Source: Candidatus Electrothrix yaqonensis (lineage in GTDB: Bacteria > Desulfobacterota > Desulfobulbia > Desulfobulbales > Desulfobulbaceae). From it: a stretch of 32,000 nt of DNA. Position 1 is the first letter of the stretch; each line of letters opens with the position of its first letter. The stretch is taken from contig CP178758.1 of NCBI GenBank assembly GCA_047651235.1, forward strand, positions 1,800,001 through 1,832,000. Direction: 5' to 3'. Of the stretch, positions 17,269-24,652 are shown piece after piece. The notes beneath the pieces were generated by a model. It made no database searches, was not told the DNA's origin, and worked only from the letters and a program-made list of their open reading frames with translations. A program made the position numbers and the translations under genes.

Positions 17269-18579
17269 ATGCGAACGGATATTCTGCATATAGGTGCAGG
17301 TGAACTGACCTATGAAATTCGCAATATCGTCAATGTCGGCAATCAGCTGCAGGCACTCGGCCTGCATGTGAACTGGGAAAATATCGGCGATCCCGTAGCC
17401 AAGGGCGAAAAGATTCCCTCCTGGATGAAGGACATAGTGGCAGCAGCAGCGCAGGACGACAAGACCTACGGGTATTCACCGACCAGAGGAATGCCGGCAA
17501 CTTGCCAGTTTATTGCGGACGAGACCAATGCCCTGGGCGGTGTGCAGATCAGCCCGGACGACATCATTTTCTTTAACGGACTCGGAGATGCTATTTCCAA
17601 AATTTTCGGATTTCTCCGGCGGACGGCCAGGGTGATTGTGCCCACGCCCAGCTACACCACTCATTCCGCCTCCGAGGCTGCTCATGCCGGTGACCGCCCC
17701 CTGACCTATATCCTTGATCCGAATAACAGTTGGTACCCTGATCTGGAGGATCTGGAAAATAATGTCAAGTACAACCCCTGCATTACCGGTATTCTGATCA
17801 TCAATCCGGACAATCCCACCGGTGCGGTCTATCCAGAAGAGATCCTGCGCGGTATCGTGGACATCGCTGACCGCTACGATCTGTTCATTGTCTGTGACGA
17901 AGTGTACCAGAACATGGTCTATAACGGCACCACAGCTGTTCCGTTGGCCACGGTGATCGGCGACCGGGTCCCGGCCATCTGTATGCGTGGTGTTTCCAAG
18001 GAAATGCCGTGGCCGGGCAGCCGTTGCGGCTGGATCGAGGTCTACAACGGGCATCATGACCCGATGTTTGAAAAGTACGTCAGCTCCATCCTTAATGCCA
18101 AGATGATGGAGGTTTGTTCCACCACCCTGCCGCAGGTAGTGCTGCCGAAAATCATAAAGCACCCAGAATATCAGAACTATCTGAACGAACGGGTCAGACG
18201 TTATGAACGGTACGCGAATATCGCCTATGATATCCTGCAGGAGGTTGACGGCATCCTGGTGAACCGGACCAACGGGGCCTTTTATATGAGCGTAGCCTTT
18301 GAAGAGGGCCTGCTCACGGATCAACAAACTCTGCCCATAGAAAATGACCAGGTGCAGAAAACAGTCGAAAGGCTGGTCAGCGGGCCGGATGTTTCAGCGG
18401 ACAAACGGTTTGTTTATTACCTGCTCGCTTCTACCGGGGTCTGTGTGGTGCCGCTCTCCTCGTTCGCCACCAGCATCCAGGGGTTCCGTATTACCCTGCT
18501 GGAACGGGACGAAGAGGTCTTCACCGGCATCTTCCGCACCATTGCCGCAGCAATCCGGCAGTATACCGCTTCGGCCTGA
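17269..18579 (+). CDS. PLP-dependent class I/II aminotransferase (alanine/aspartate aminotransferase-like)
   Basis: 436-aa ORF preceded by AAGGAG 8 nt upstream. It has the fold-type I pattern: INPDNPTGAVY, DEVYQNMVY, and the PLP-lysine motif VSKEMPWPGSRCGW (SK....G.R.GW). Confidence 0.9.
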   Translation: MRTDILHIGAGELTYEIRNIVNVGNQLQALGLHVNWENIGDPVAKGEKIPSWMKDIVAAAAQDDKTYGYSPTRGMPATCQFIADETNALGGVQISPDDIIFFNGLGDAISKIFGFLRRTARVIVPTPSYTTHSASEAAHAGDRPLTYILDPNNSWYPDLEDLENNVKYNPCITGILIINPDNPTGAVYPEEILRGIVDIADRYDLFIVCDEVYQNMVYNGTTAVPLATVIGDRVPAICMRGVSKEMPWPGSRCGWIEVYNGHHDPMFEKYVSSILNAKMMEVCSTTLPQVVLPKIIKHPEYQNYLNERVRRYERYANIAYDILQEVDGILVNRTNGAFYMSVAFEEGLLTDQQTLPIENDQVQKTVERLVSGPDVSADKRFVYYLLASTGVCVVPLSSFATSIQGFRITLLERDEEVFTGIFRTIAAAIRQYTASA

Positions 18580-18606
18580 AAAGAAGAAAATATACATCCC
18601 CCCTCC

Positions 18607-18656
18607 CCTGCCGGACCGGTCCTTCCGCTTCGGCAGGTTTCTGCACTCTGCAGAAA
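18607..18656 (+). terminator. Two consecutive hairpins between the convergent aminotransferase and nadD genes (putative terminator region)
   Basis: The first hairpin is cctgccg (18607-18613) / cggcagg (18631-18637). It is followed immediately by tttctgca (18638-18645) ctc tgcagaaa (18649-18656), an 8-bp perfect stem whose T/A-rich arms could serve either strand. Confidence 0.4.
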
Positions 18657-18753
18657 GACAGAAAGCTCACTCTCCCTCTTCACCTTCAAAACGATCTCTT
18701 CTTTTTTCCTGTGTAGAAGTAGGTCATTGTGACCGTACATTGACAGCCTAAGT

Positions 18754-19431
18754 TTATCCCCGTGCCGGATATAACCCCTGGGCTGCAATATACTCCCGCA
18801 CCCTTTCAGGCATCCCCTCCGGCTGCCTGCCCTGCTGCAGCTGTCTGCGGATTCCGGAAGAGGAAATATCCTCTGTCAGCCTGTTGTGCAGCAGCATAAG
18901 TTCAGTTCCGTCTGTGCCGGTCCACAGCCGTCCGGACGAATCAGGCAGAAAGGGGCCAGGCAGTGCTGCAATGGCCTGCCGCATATCGGCAAAGGGGATA
19001 CCGGGTCGGGAAATAACGATAAAATTGGTGAGCCGAAGCAGTTTCTGATACTGATACCAGAGGTGCAGTTCCAGCAGAGAATCCGCACCGATGAGAAAAT
19101 AGAACGAACAGCCTGACGGGGTGGTAACGCGCCGTTGCAGCTCGACCAGCGTATCCACGGTATACGAAGGGACAGACAGTTCCGCCTCCAACAGCGAGAC
19201 CGCAAAACGATCAGCTTCCGCTGCAGGCAAACCGGCAAGAGCGGCCTCCAGCATGGCCACTCGATGCCTGTAGGCGGCAGCGGGCTTTTTTTTATGAGGA
19301 GGATCGACAGCCGGAAAAAAGATCACCTGATCCAGCTGCACTTCCAGAGCAGCCTGGCAGGATATGGTCAGATGTCCTGCATGGACAGGGTCAAAGGTCC
19401 CGCCGAACAGACCGATCCGCCTATTTTTCAT
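18754..19431 (-). CDS. nadD: Nicotinate-nucleotide adenylyltransferase
   Basis: 225-aa ORF. IGLFGGTFDPVHAGHL is the (T/H)xGH nucleotidyltransferase signature in the NadD context. The C-terminal ISSSGIRR matches the NadD ISST-type motif. Confidence 0.93.
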   Translation of the reverse strand: MKNRRIGLFGGTFDPVHAGHLTISCQAALEVQLDQVIFFPAVDPPHKKKPAAAYRHRVAMLEAALAGLPAAEADRFAVSLLEAELSVPSYTVDTLVELQRRVTTPSGCSFYFLIGADSLLELHLWYQYQKLLRLTNFIVISRPGIPFADMRQAIAALPGPFLPDSSGRLWTGTDGTELMLLHNRLTEDISSSGIRRQLQQGRQPEGMPERVREYIAAQGLYPARG

Positions 19432-19557
19432 ACTTACCTCCCCCCTCCGTTTTTTTTCCCCTCCTCTCAGCAGAGTTGTCTTTCATATCCGAAAATAAGC
19501 ATTCAGAAGACAACATTCAAGAGGGAGACCATCAAGGATGAGGCAGGAAGAAAAGGA

Positions 19558-19594
19558 GAGAAAAGAAAACCTGCCCGGCCAGGAGAAAGGGCAG
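19558..19594 (-). terminator. Candidate intrinsic terminator after the HTH/two-CW gene
   Basis: On the minus strand, CTGCCC (complement of 19589-19594) pairs with GGGCAG (complement of 19571-19576) around a 12-nt loop. The stem is followed by GTTTTCTTTTCTC (complement of 19558-19570). It lies 55 nt after the stop at 19649. Confidence 0.4.
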
Positions 19595-19648
19595 TATGGG
19601 CGGGTCCTGACCAAACCGCCCGATGAAAGGAAAAGACTGAGAAAAATA

Positions 19649-20020
19649 TTACAGCTGGGAAATGAGGACTTCACATTCCCTGCATATCTCCATTTTTTCC
19701 TTTCCCTCATGCCCGGCTGTACAGCTGCACAATGTACCGTTAATAAACCAGCAGAGATGTCCGGCCTGAAATTCCCAGGCAGGGCATTCTTTTTTACATT
19801 CACATTTTTTTAAATTCCAGCAGTCTTTTCTTCTGCCGGAGTTATTTGCTCTCCGGTTGACCAGCAGAAAGTACAGTTTCCGCTCAATATGGAGAGGTAC
19901 ACTGCGCCAGCCCTGCTCATAGCTCTGCACAGCCTTGACAGACACGCCGAGCAGACCGGCCAGCGACTTCTGCGTTTTACCGAGCTTTTTGCGATAGTAG
20001 GAAAATTCCTTGGGAGTCAT
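19649..20020 (-). CDS. XRE-family HTH regulator with a C-terminal Cys-rich 'two-CW' type domain
   Basis: The real gene is the last 123 codons of track ORF 19649..20512, starting at ATG 20020. The upstream part overlaps dgkA antisense and has no homology. The N-terminal part is FSYYRKKLGKTQKSLAGLLGVSVKAVQSYEQGWRSVP (XRE HTH). The C-terminal part is CWNLKKCECKKECPAWEFQAGHLCWFINGTLCSCTAGHEGKEKMEICRECEV, with nine Cys and two Cys-Trp pairs. Confidence 0.75.
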   Translation of the reverse strand: MTPKEFSYYRKKLGKTQKSLAGLLGVSVKAVQSYEQGWRSVPLHIERKLYFLLVNRRANNSGRRKDCWNLKKCECKKECPAWEFQAGHLCWFINGTLCSCTAGHEGKEKMEICRECEVLISQL

Positions 20021-20242
20021 GAAACCCTGACAGATTAAATTAACGGAATAAATAGTCGGGCCAGCATACCACGATGTACCTGCTTCGGCAACGTATTTTT
20101 CAGCAGCGGATAAAAAGTTGCAGAAACAGATTCTGCTGCATGGCGGCTCCCGGCATGATCGGCTATAGTGGCTGACAGGCACTGGAAGAACAGATAACAG
20201 CCGGACATCAGAGATATACTTGGGATTACGGGGATTAGAATT

Positions 20243-20608
20243 ATGAACGAAAAACCAAACGGAGCAGGAATACAAAGGATTTTCAGGGCGTTTTCCTGCT
20301 CTCTGCAGGGATTGCAGGCAGCTCTGCGCTCTGAGCAGGCCTTTGTCCAGGAACTGCTTTTTGTCGCTGTTCTGCTGCCGGTCGGTCTGCTGCTCGGTCA
20401 GAACGGAGCGGAACGGGCCGTTCTGACAGGCTGTCTTTTTCTGATCCTGATCACCGAACTGCTCAACTCCGCCATTGAAGCGGTTGTTGACCGAATCGGG
20501 ACTGAGCATCACGAGCTGTCAGGCCGGGCAAAGGATCTGGGATCAGCCGCTGTGCTGCTTTCCTTTCTTAACTGGGCGGCAGTCTGGCTCCTGATCCTGT
20601 GCGGGTAG
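20243..20608 (+). CDS. dgkA: Diacylglycerol kinase (prokaryotic DgkA type)
   Basis: 121-aa ORF. ITELLNSAIEAVVDRIGTEHHELSGRAKDLGSAAVLL is nearly identical to the E. coli DgkA core (VEILNSAIEAVVDRIGSEYHELSGRAKDMGSAAVL). Confidence 0.93.
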   Translation: MNEKPNGAGIQRIFRAFSCSLQGLQAALRSEQAFVQELLFVAVLLPVGLLLGQNGAERAVLTGCLFLILITELLNSAIEAVVDRIGTEHHELSGRAKDLGSAAVLLSFLNWAAVWLLILCG

Positions 20609-20675
20609 CACTTGCCCCCGCACCCTGACCGGTTCTGCCGATCCGCTCCACCCCGCAGACTGGCTGCTGCAGCGA

Positions 20676-20972
20676 CTATACCGTAACCACTGAATTGCTT
20701 TCTCCGTATTCGTTGGTTGCATAGCTGTCCGCTTCCGGATCATTCACCCAGTTCAGATCATCAAGCACATAGCGGAAACTGTAGGACCGCTCCGTATCCA
20801 AGGAGAGAGTTACGGAAAAGCTGCCGTCTTTCAGCTGCTTCATCGGTGTCTCAGTGATTGACCAGTCGTTGAAGTCTCCGGCAAGGACTGCTGTAGCTGA
20901 GTTTTCCGGATTCGCATATTTAAAGGTTACCCTGCATTTTGTTCTCGTTTTGGTGTAATTTTTTTTCAGCAT
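20676..20972 (-). CDS. Small CBM48/AMPK-beta-like glycogen-binding (early-set) domain protein
   Basis: The start is taken at ATG 20972 after GGGGGAG; the track start at 20987 is a TTG. VTFKYANPENSATAVLAGDFNDWSITETPMKQLKDGSFSVTLSLDTERSYSFRYVLDDLNWVNDPEA follows the isoamylase-N/AMPK1_CBM pattern (V.L.GdFN.W....m....dG.f...l.L..g.Y.frY.vDg..w.nDP.a). Confidence 0.7.
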   Translation of the reverse strand: MLKKNYTKTRTKCRVTFKYANPENSATAVLAGDFNDWSITETPMKQLKDGSFSVTLSLDTERSYSFRYVLDDLNWVNDPEADSYATNEYGESNSVVTV

Positions 20973-21238
20973 CTGCTCCCCCTTCAACAGATCAGATCAT
21001 ACAGCATATATTGACAGGCACCAAGCATGAACAGGTATGCTGCCGGAACCTTTCAACCCCTTTTCTGCGTAGCATCACATTACGTGCATTACGCATATTA
21101 TATAGTATAAAATGCCTTATTCTTTCCCGGTTGACAATAAAAAAACCGGCATCGGAAGTCTTATCAGAGCAGTTTGCTGCACCCCGTCTCTGTCCCGTCA
21201 AACTTTATCCGTCAAACGCACACTGAACAACAACGTCC

Positions 21239-22525
21239 ATGAAAACAAGCAATACTGAACATACTGAAACAACACTGAAGCTCCCGGAGCTGCTTGCTCC
21301 GGCAGGCAATATGGAAAAACTCATGACCGCAGTCCATTACGGGGCAGATGCGGTTTATCTCGGCGGAGCTGGCTACAGCCTGCGGGCTGCTGCGGACAAT
21401 TTTGACCGGCAGGGACTGAATAGAGCGGTTGCCTATGCCCATGACCACGGGGTCAGAGTATATGTCACTGTGAATATTTTTGCCCATAACCGCGATTTGA
21501 TCGGCCTGGAAGAATATCTGCGTAGCCTGCAGGATGCCGGGGCCGACGGCCTGATTGTCGCTGATCCGGGCATTTTGCAGATCTGCAGACAGACAGTGCC
21601 GGAGATGCCGGTCCACCTCTCTACCCAGGCTAATGTGACCAACAGCAGCAGTGCCTGTTTCTGGGCTTCCCAGGGGGTGCACCGAATCAACCTCGCCCGC
21701 GAACTGGGGCTGCAGGAAATCCGGGAAATCAGACAGGCAACAAACATCGGACTGGAGGTCTTTGTCCACGGGGCCCTCTGTATTTCGTATTCCGGCCGCT
21801 GTATGCTGTCCAATTATCTGACCGGGCGCAATGCTAACAAGGGGACCTGCGCCCATCCCTGCCGGTATTCCTATGCCCTGGTGGAAGAAAAACGGCCCGG
21901 GGTCTACTTTCCGGTGGAAGAGGATGCACGGGGAACCTATATCTTCAACGCCCGCGACCTCTGCCTGCTGGGCCGCCTCCCGGAACTGATTGCCGCAGGA
22001 GTGAATGCGGTCAAGATCGAGGGAAGGATGAAATCGACCGGCTATGTTGCCGCAGCGGTCAGAGTCTACCGGGCCGCGCTGGATTATATTCAGGAACAGA
22101 GCGCCCAGGCAGAAGAGCCTGAGCAGATGCAGCTGCCGCAGTCCTTCCGCGATGAAATCAGTAAAGTCGGAACACGGGGACAAACGGAGAATTTTTTTAC
22201 AGAACCGCCTTCATCTGACGCCATGCTTTATGATACAATACGAATAAATCAGCCGCACCACCCGGTCGGTATTGTCCGTGAACAGGCCCCGCTCCTGGTT
22301 GAAGCGAGAAATGTGCTGCTTGTCGGGGACCGGATAGAATATCTGGGACGCGGACTGCAGCCGATTATCTGCAGGGTAGTCGCTATGCGGACCGCTGACG
22401 GTCAGGTGAAAGAACGGGCAAATCCGGGTGACAGAATAATCCTGACAACCCATCCTGTTTTGCAGCAGCCGGAAAAACATGCTGTTCTCCGCAAAAAATC
22501 GGACCGGAACAACAAAAAAACATAA
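21239..22525 (+). CDS. Peptidase U32-family protein (long form with C-terminal domain, YegQ/TrhP-like)
   Basis: 428-aa ORF. It has LELLAPAGNMEKLMTAVHYGADAVYLGG at the N-terminus and the family Cys cluster VFVHGALCISYSGRCMLSNYLTGRNANKGTCAHPCRY. Confidence 0.9.
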   Translation: MKTSNTEHTETTLKLPELLAPAGNMEKLMTAVHYGADAVYLGGAGYSLRAAADNFDRQGLNRAVAYAHDHGVRVYVTVNIFAHNRDLIGLEEYLRSLQDAGADGLIVADPGILQICRQTVPEMPVHLSTQANVTNSSSACFWASQGVHRINLARELGLQEIREIRQATNIGLEVFVHGALCISYSGRCMLSNYLTGRNANKGTCAHPCRYSYALVEEKRPGVYFPVEEDARGTYIFNARDLCLLGRLPELIAAGVNAVKIEGRMKSTGYVAAAVRVYRAALDYIQEQSAQAEEPEQMQLPQSFRDEISKVGTRGQTENFFTEPPSSDAMLYDTIRINQPHHPVGIVREQAPLLVEARNVLLVGDRIEYLGRGLQPIICRVVAMRTADGQVKERANPGDRIILTTHPVLQQPEKHAVLRKKSDRNNKKT

Positions 22526-22539
22526 AGGACACGGCAGCC

Positions 22540-23628
22540 ATGACACCTTTTCTTGATGTGCCTTTTCTTCCGGAAGAAACGTATGTAGAATTTCTCAACA
22601 GCAACAGCGCGTATATCGATACGGTACATTTCAGTCTTATGGGGGTGAAACGGCTGGACAACCAGACTGACCCGCAGGCCATCGACAACCTTGACACGAT
22701 TATCCGGCTGCTGGCGCAACTCTCAGTAAACAATAAATATGTCCTGCTCAACAACCTGTTTTACGGCCCTGCCCTGCTCACGGAAAGCGGGCACCTTTCT
22801 GCTCTGATCAACTGCCTTGATCAATGTGCAAATGCAGGCGTACTGAAAGGAATTATTTATCGTGATCAGTACCTGCTCCAGGCCCTGTCTGAACAGGCTC
22901 CGGGCCTGACTGCCGCTCTGGAAGCTGTTCCCGGCATCAACACCAAACTTGATGCCCAGGCAAAAATCAGCTCGCATCTTGACTACATCGGCGAAACCAA
23001 CTTCCGGCTGCCGGGCAGACTGACGCTTGACCGCGCGCTCAATCGGAACCTTGAGAAACTTATCGAGGTTGTCCATTGGTGCCGTCAGGGATATCCGAAC
23101 ATCAGGCTGGAATTGCTGGCCAACGAAGGCTGTCTGCCCTTCTGCCCCTACAGGAACTCCCATGACGCCTATATCGCGCTAGACAATCACGAAGGTGACG
23201 ACAGCAGTCCGTATATCAATCAGAAGTTAGGGTGCAGGCACCTGCTGAAAAAACAGTCGTACCGGCTCCTTCAGTCTCCTTTTATCCGACCGGAAGATGT
23301 CGGATCCTATCTGGTTCACGCCGATCTCATCCTGCTCTGTGGCCGCAGACACGGCACAGATTTTTTCCGGAAAGTCATCAGTGCCTACATCGCCCGGAGC
23401 TATGACGGCAATCTTCTGGAACTTCTTGACTCCATGCACTGGCTGAGTGAGCATCTGTATATTGAAAACACCGCGCTCTCCTTTGATTTTGCCAACATGC
23501 TTTCCGTGTGCAACAACCGCTGCAGCTCCTGCGGGTTCTGCCCTGAACTGTTTCAGGCCATTTCCCGTCCTGTCACTCCGGAAGGGACCGAGCCTGAAGT
23601 GCTTCATCCGCACGTTCCAGGAACCTGA
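22540..23628 (+). CDS. Divergent U32-like protein with Cys-rich C-terminus (function unknown)
   Basis: 362-aa ORF starting 15 nt after the U32 gene. The segment GVLKGIIYRDQYLLQALSEQAPGL...RLTLDRALNRNLEKLIEVV...IRLELLANEGCLPFCPYRNSHDAY is collinear with the U32 core (G.d.viv.D.g.l.......p.l....REL..........e.fvhG.lC...sg.C) but much degraded. An extra CNNRCSSCGFCPELF lies near the C-terminus. The assignment is by eye only. Confidence 0.5.
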   Translation: MTPFLDVPFLPEETYVEFLNSNSAYIDTVHFSLMGVKRLDNQTDPQAIDNLDTIIRLLAQLSVNNKYVLLNNLFYGPALLTESGHLSALINCLDQCANAGVLKGIIYRDQYLLQALSEQAPGLTAALEAVPGINTKLDAQAKISSHLDYIGETNFRLPGRLTLDRALNRNLEKLIEVVHWCRQGYPNIRLELLANEGCLPFCPYRNSHDAYIALDNHEGDDSSPYINQKLGCRHLLKKQSYRLLQSPFIRPEDVGSYLVHADLILLCGRRHGTDFFRKVISAYIARSYDGNLLELLDSMHWLSEHLYIENTALSFDFANMLSVCNNRCSSCGFCPELFQAISRPVTPEGTEPEVLHPHVPGT

Positions 23629-23856
23629 ATTTCCTTTTCGTCTGCCGGCTGATGCTTATTCTGCATCATCAGCATGTCCTCAAGCCCGGTACAGATAAGT
23701 GCTGTCTGCTGAAAAAAAGTGCAACGCATGGACAACCGAACAGGAATAGTGTACCGTTGGACTGCTGTATCAAAAAACGGCAGCAAGCTGCCTCCTCTGC
23801 CTGTTGCTGAAAATTGTTCAGTTTTCGTGTTATATCGTGTTATACACCTGTTCTTC

Positions 23857-23874
23857 AAAGCCCGGCGGGTTTTT
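23857..23874 (+). terminator. Small terminator-like hairpin with a U-tail upstream of the DUF4390 operon
   Basis: aaagccc (23857-23863) ggc gggtttt (23867-23873) forms 3 G-C pairs plus G-U and A-U pairs, and ends in T5 (23870-23874). It lies ~245 nt after the stop of the U32-like gene. The stem is weak. Confidence 0.3.
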
Positions 23875-23925
23875 GTATCCTGCAGCCTGCAGTGTACTTG
23901 AACAGAACTCCACTTATTCTCTTTT

Positions 23926-24570
23926 TTGAGCGGGGAGTTTATTTTCCTCGGTTTATTTTTTTTCATGGCCAAAGATATTTTGTCCATTTTGTCCGTATGT
24001 CAGGGACGATATCGGGTCCGATGTCTTTCCGTTCTGCTGCTGTCTGCAGTCCTGCTATTTTCTTCCTCTGCCGCAGCTGAAGACGAACCGGTTATTGACG
24101 ACATAGTCATCACTCCCTTTGGCGGTAAACTGCTGCTTTTTGCTGAAGTCAAAAATTGTTTTACCGAAGAAATGCTTGAAGGGGTGCGCAATGGTATTCC
24201 GATTACCTTCCGGTTCGATATCCGGTTGGACCGGGTCCGGGATAACTGGTTTGATGCCGGGCTTGCCAAGCATAAAATCAATCATACGTTGAGTTACGAC
24301 CCGATTAAAGAAGAATACCAGGTCGCCTTTGCGGAAAAAGACAGACCGGAAGTCACCAGATCGCTGCAGGAGGCCAAGCAGATGATGGCAGAACTCAATG
24401 GGATTGAACTCTGTCCGCTTGAAAAAATGGCTGCCGGTTCGCTGTATTCATTTTCCATGAAGGCGACTTTGGTTGAAACGACCTTTCCCCTGGGAATTCA
24501 TTCTCTTATCCCGTTCACTGCGCTCTGGAATTTTGAAACCGATTGGCGGGTGATTGAATTCAGCTATTAA
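23926..24570 (+). CDS. DUF4390-like exported protein preceding the NtrY/NtrX pair
   Basis: 214-aa ORF. The true start may be the ATG at 23965 (MAKDIL...). The signal-like segment is LSVLLLSAVLLFSSSAAA. ITFRFDIRLDRVRDNWFDAGLAKHKINHTLSYDPIKEEYQV resembles the DUF4390 family, which typically sits just upstream of ntrY-like kinases. Recognised from memory of the family pattern. Confidence 0.65.
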   Translation: MSGEFIFLGLFFFMAKDILSILSVCQGRYRVRCLSVLLLSAVLLFSSSAAAEDEPVIDDIVITPFGGKLLLFAEVKNCFTEEMLEGVRNGIPITFRFDIRLDRVRDNWFDAGLAKHKINHTLSYDPIKEEYQVAFAEKDRPEVTRSLQEAKQMMAELNGIELCPLEKMAAGSLYSFSMKATLVETTFPLGIHSLIPFTALWNFETDWRVIEFSY

Positions 24571-24652
24571 ACCAGACAAACGCATCAGACCGGACCGGCA
24601 GGCCATCCTCCACCTTGCCTGACCGACCGTACTTTCTCCGAGACCACGCTCA

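Noticed and set aside
20120-20136. The palindrome gcagaa-N5-ttctgc upstream of the HTH/two-CW gene shares its arms with the hairpin tttctgca/tgcagaaa at 18638-18656, raising the idea of a shared operator.
   Set aside because: Six-bp arms built around the frequent CTGCAG hexamer are too short to be significant, and the arm orientation is reversed between the two sites. I kept it only as a note.
20021-20512. The N-terminal 164 codons of track ORF 19649..20512(-).
   Set aside because: This extension runs antisense through dgkA (20243..20608), which is near-identical to known DgkA in its core. The recognisable HTH domain begins right at ATG 20020.
21212-22183. A 323-aa minus-strand ORF opposite the U32 gene.
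   Set aside because: This is an antisense shadow of a gene that has clear family motifs. The translated sequence has no recognisable domain and has odd composition (rich in Arg, Gly, Pro and Cys). The same reasoning applies to 22211..22546(-), 22383..22754(-) and 22723..23163(-).
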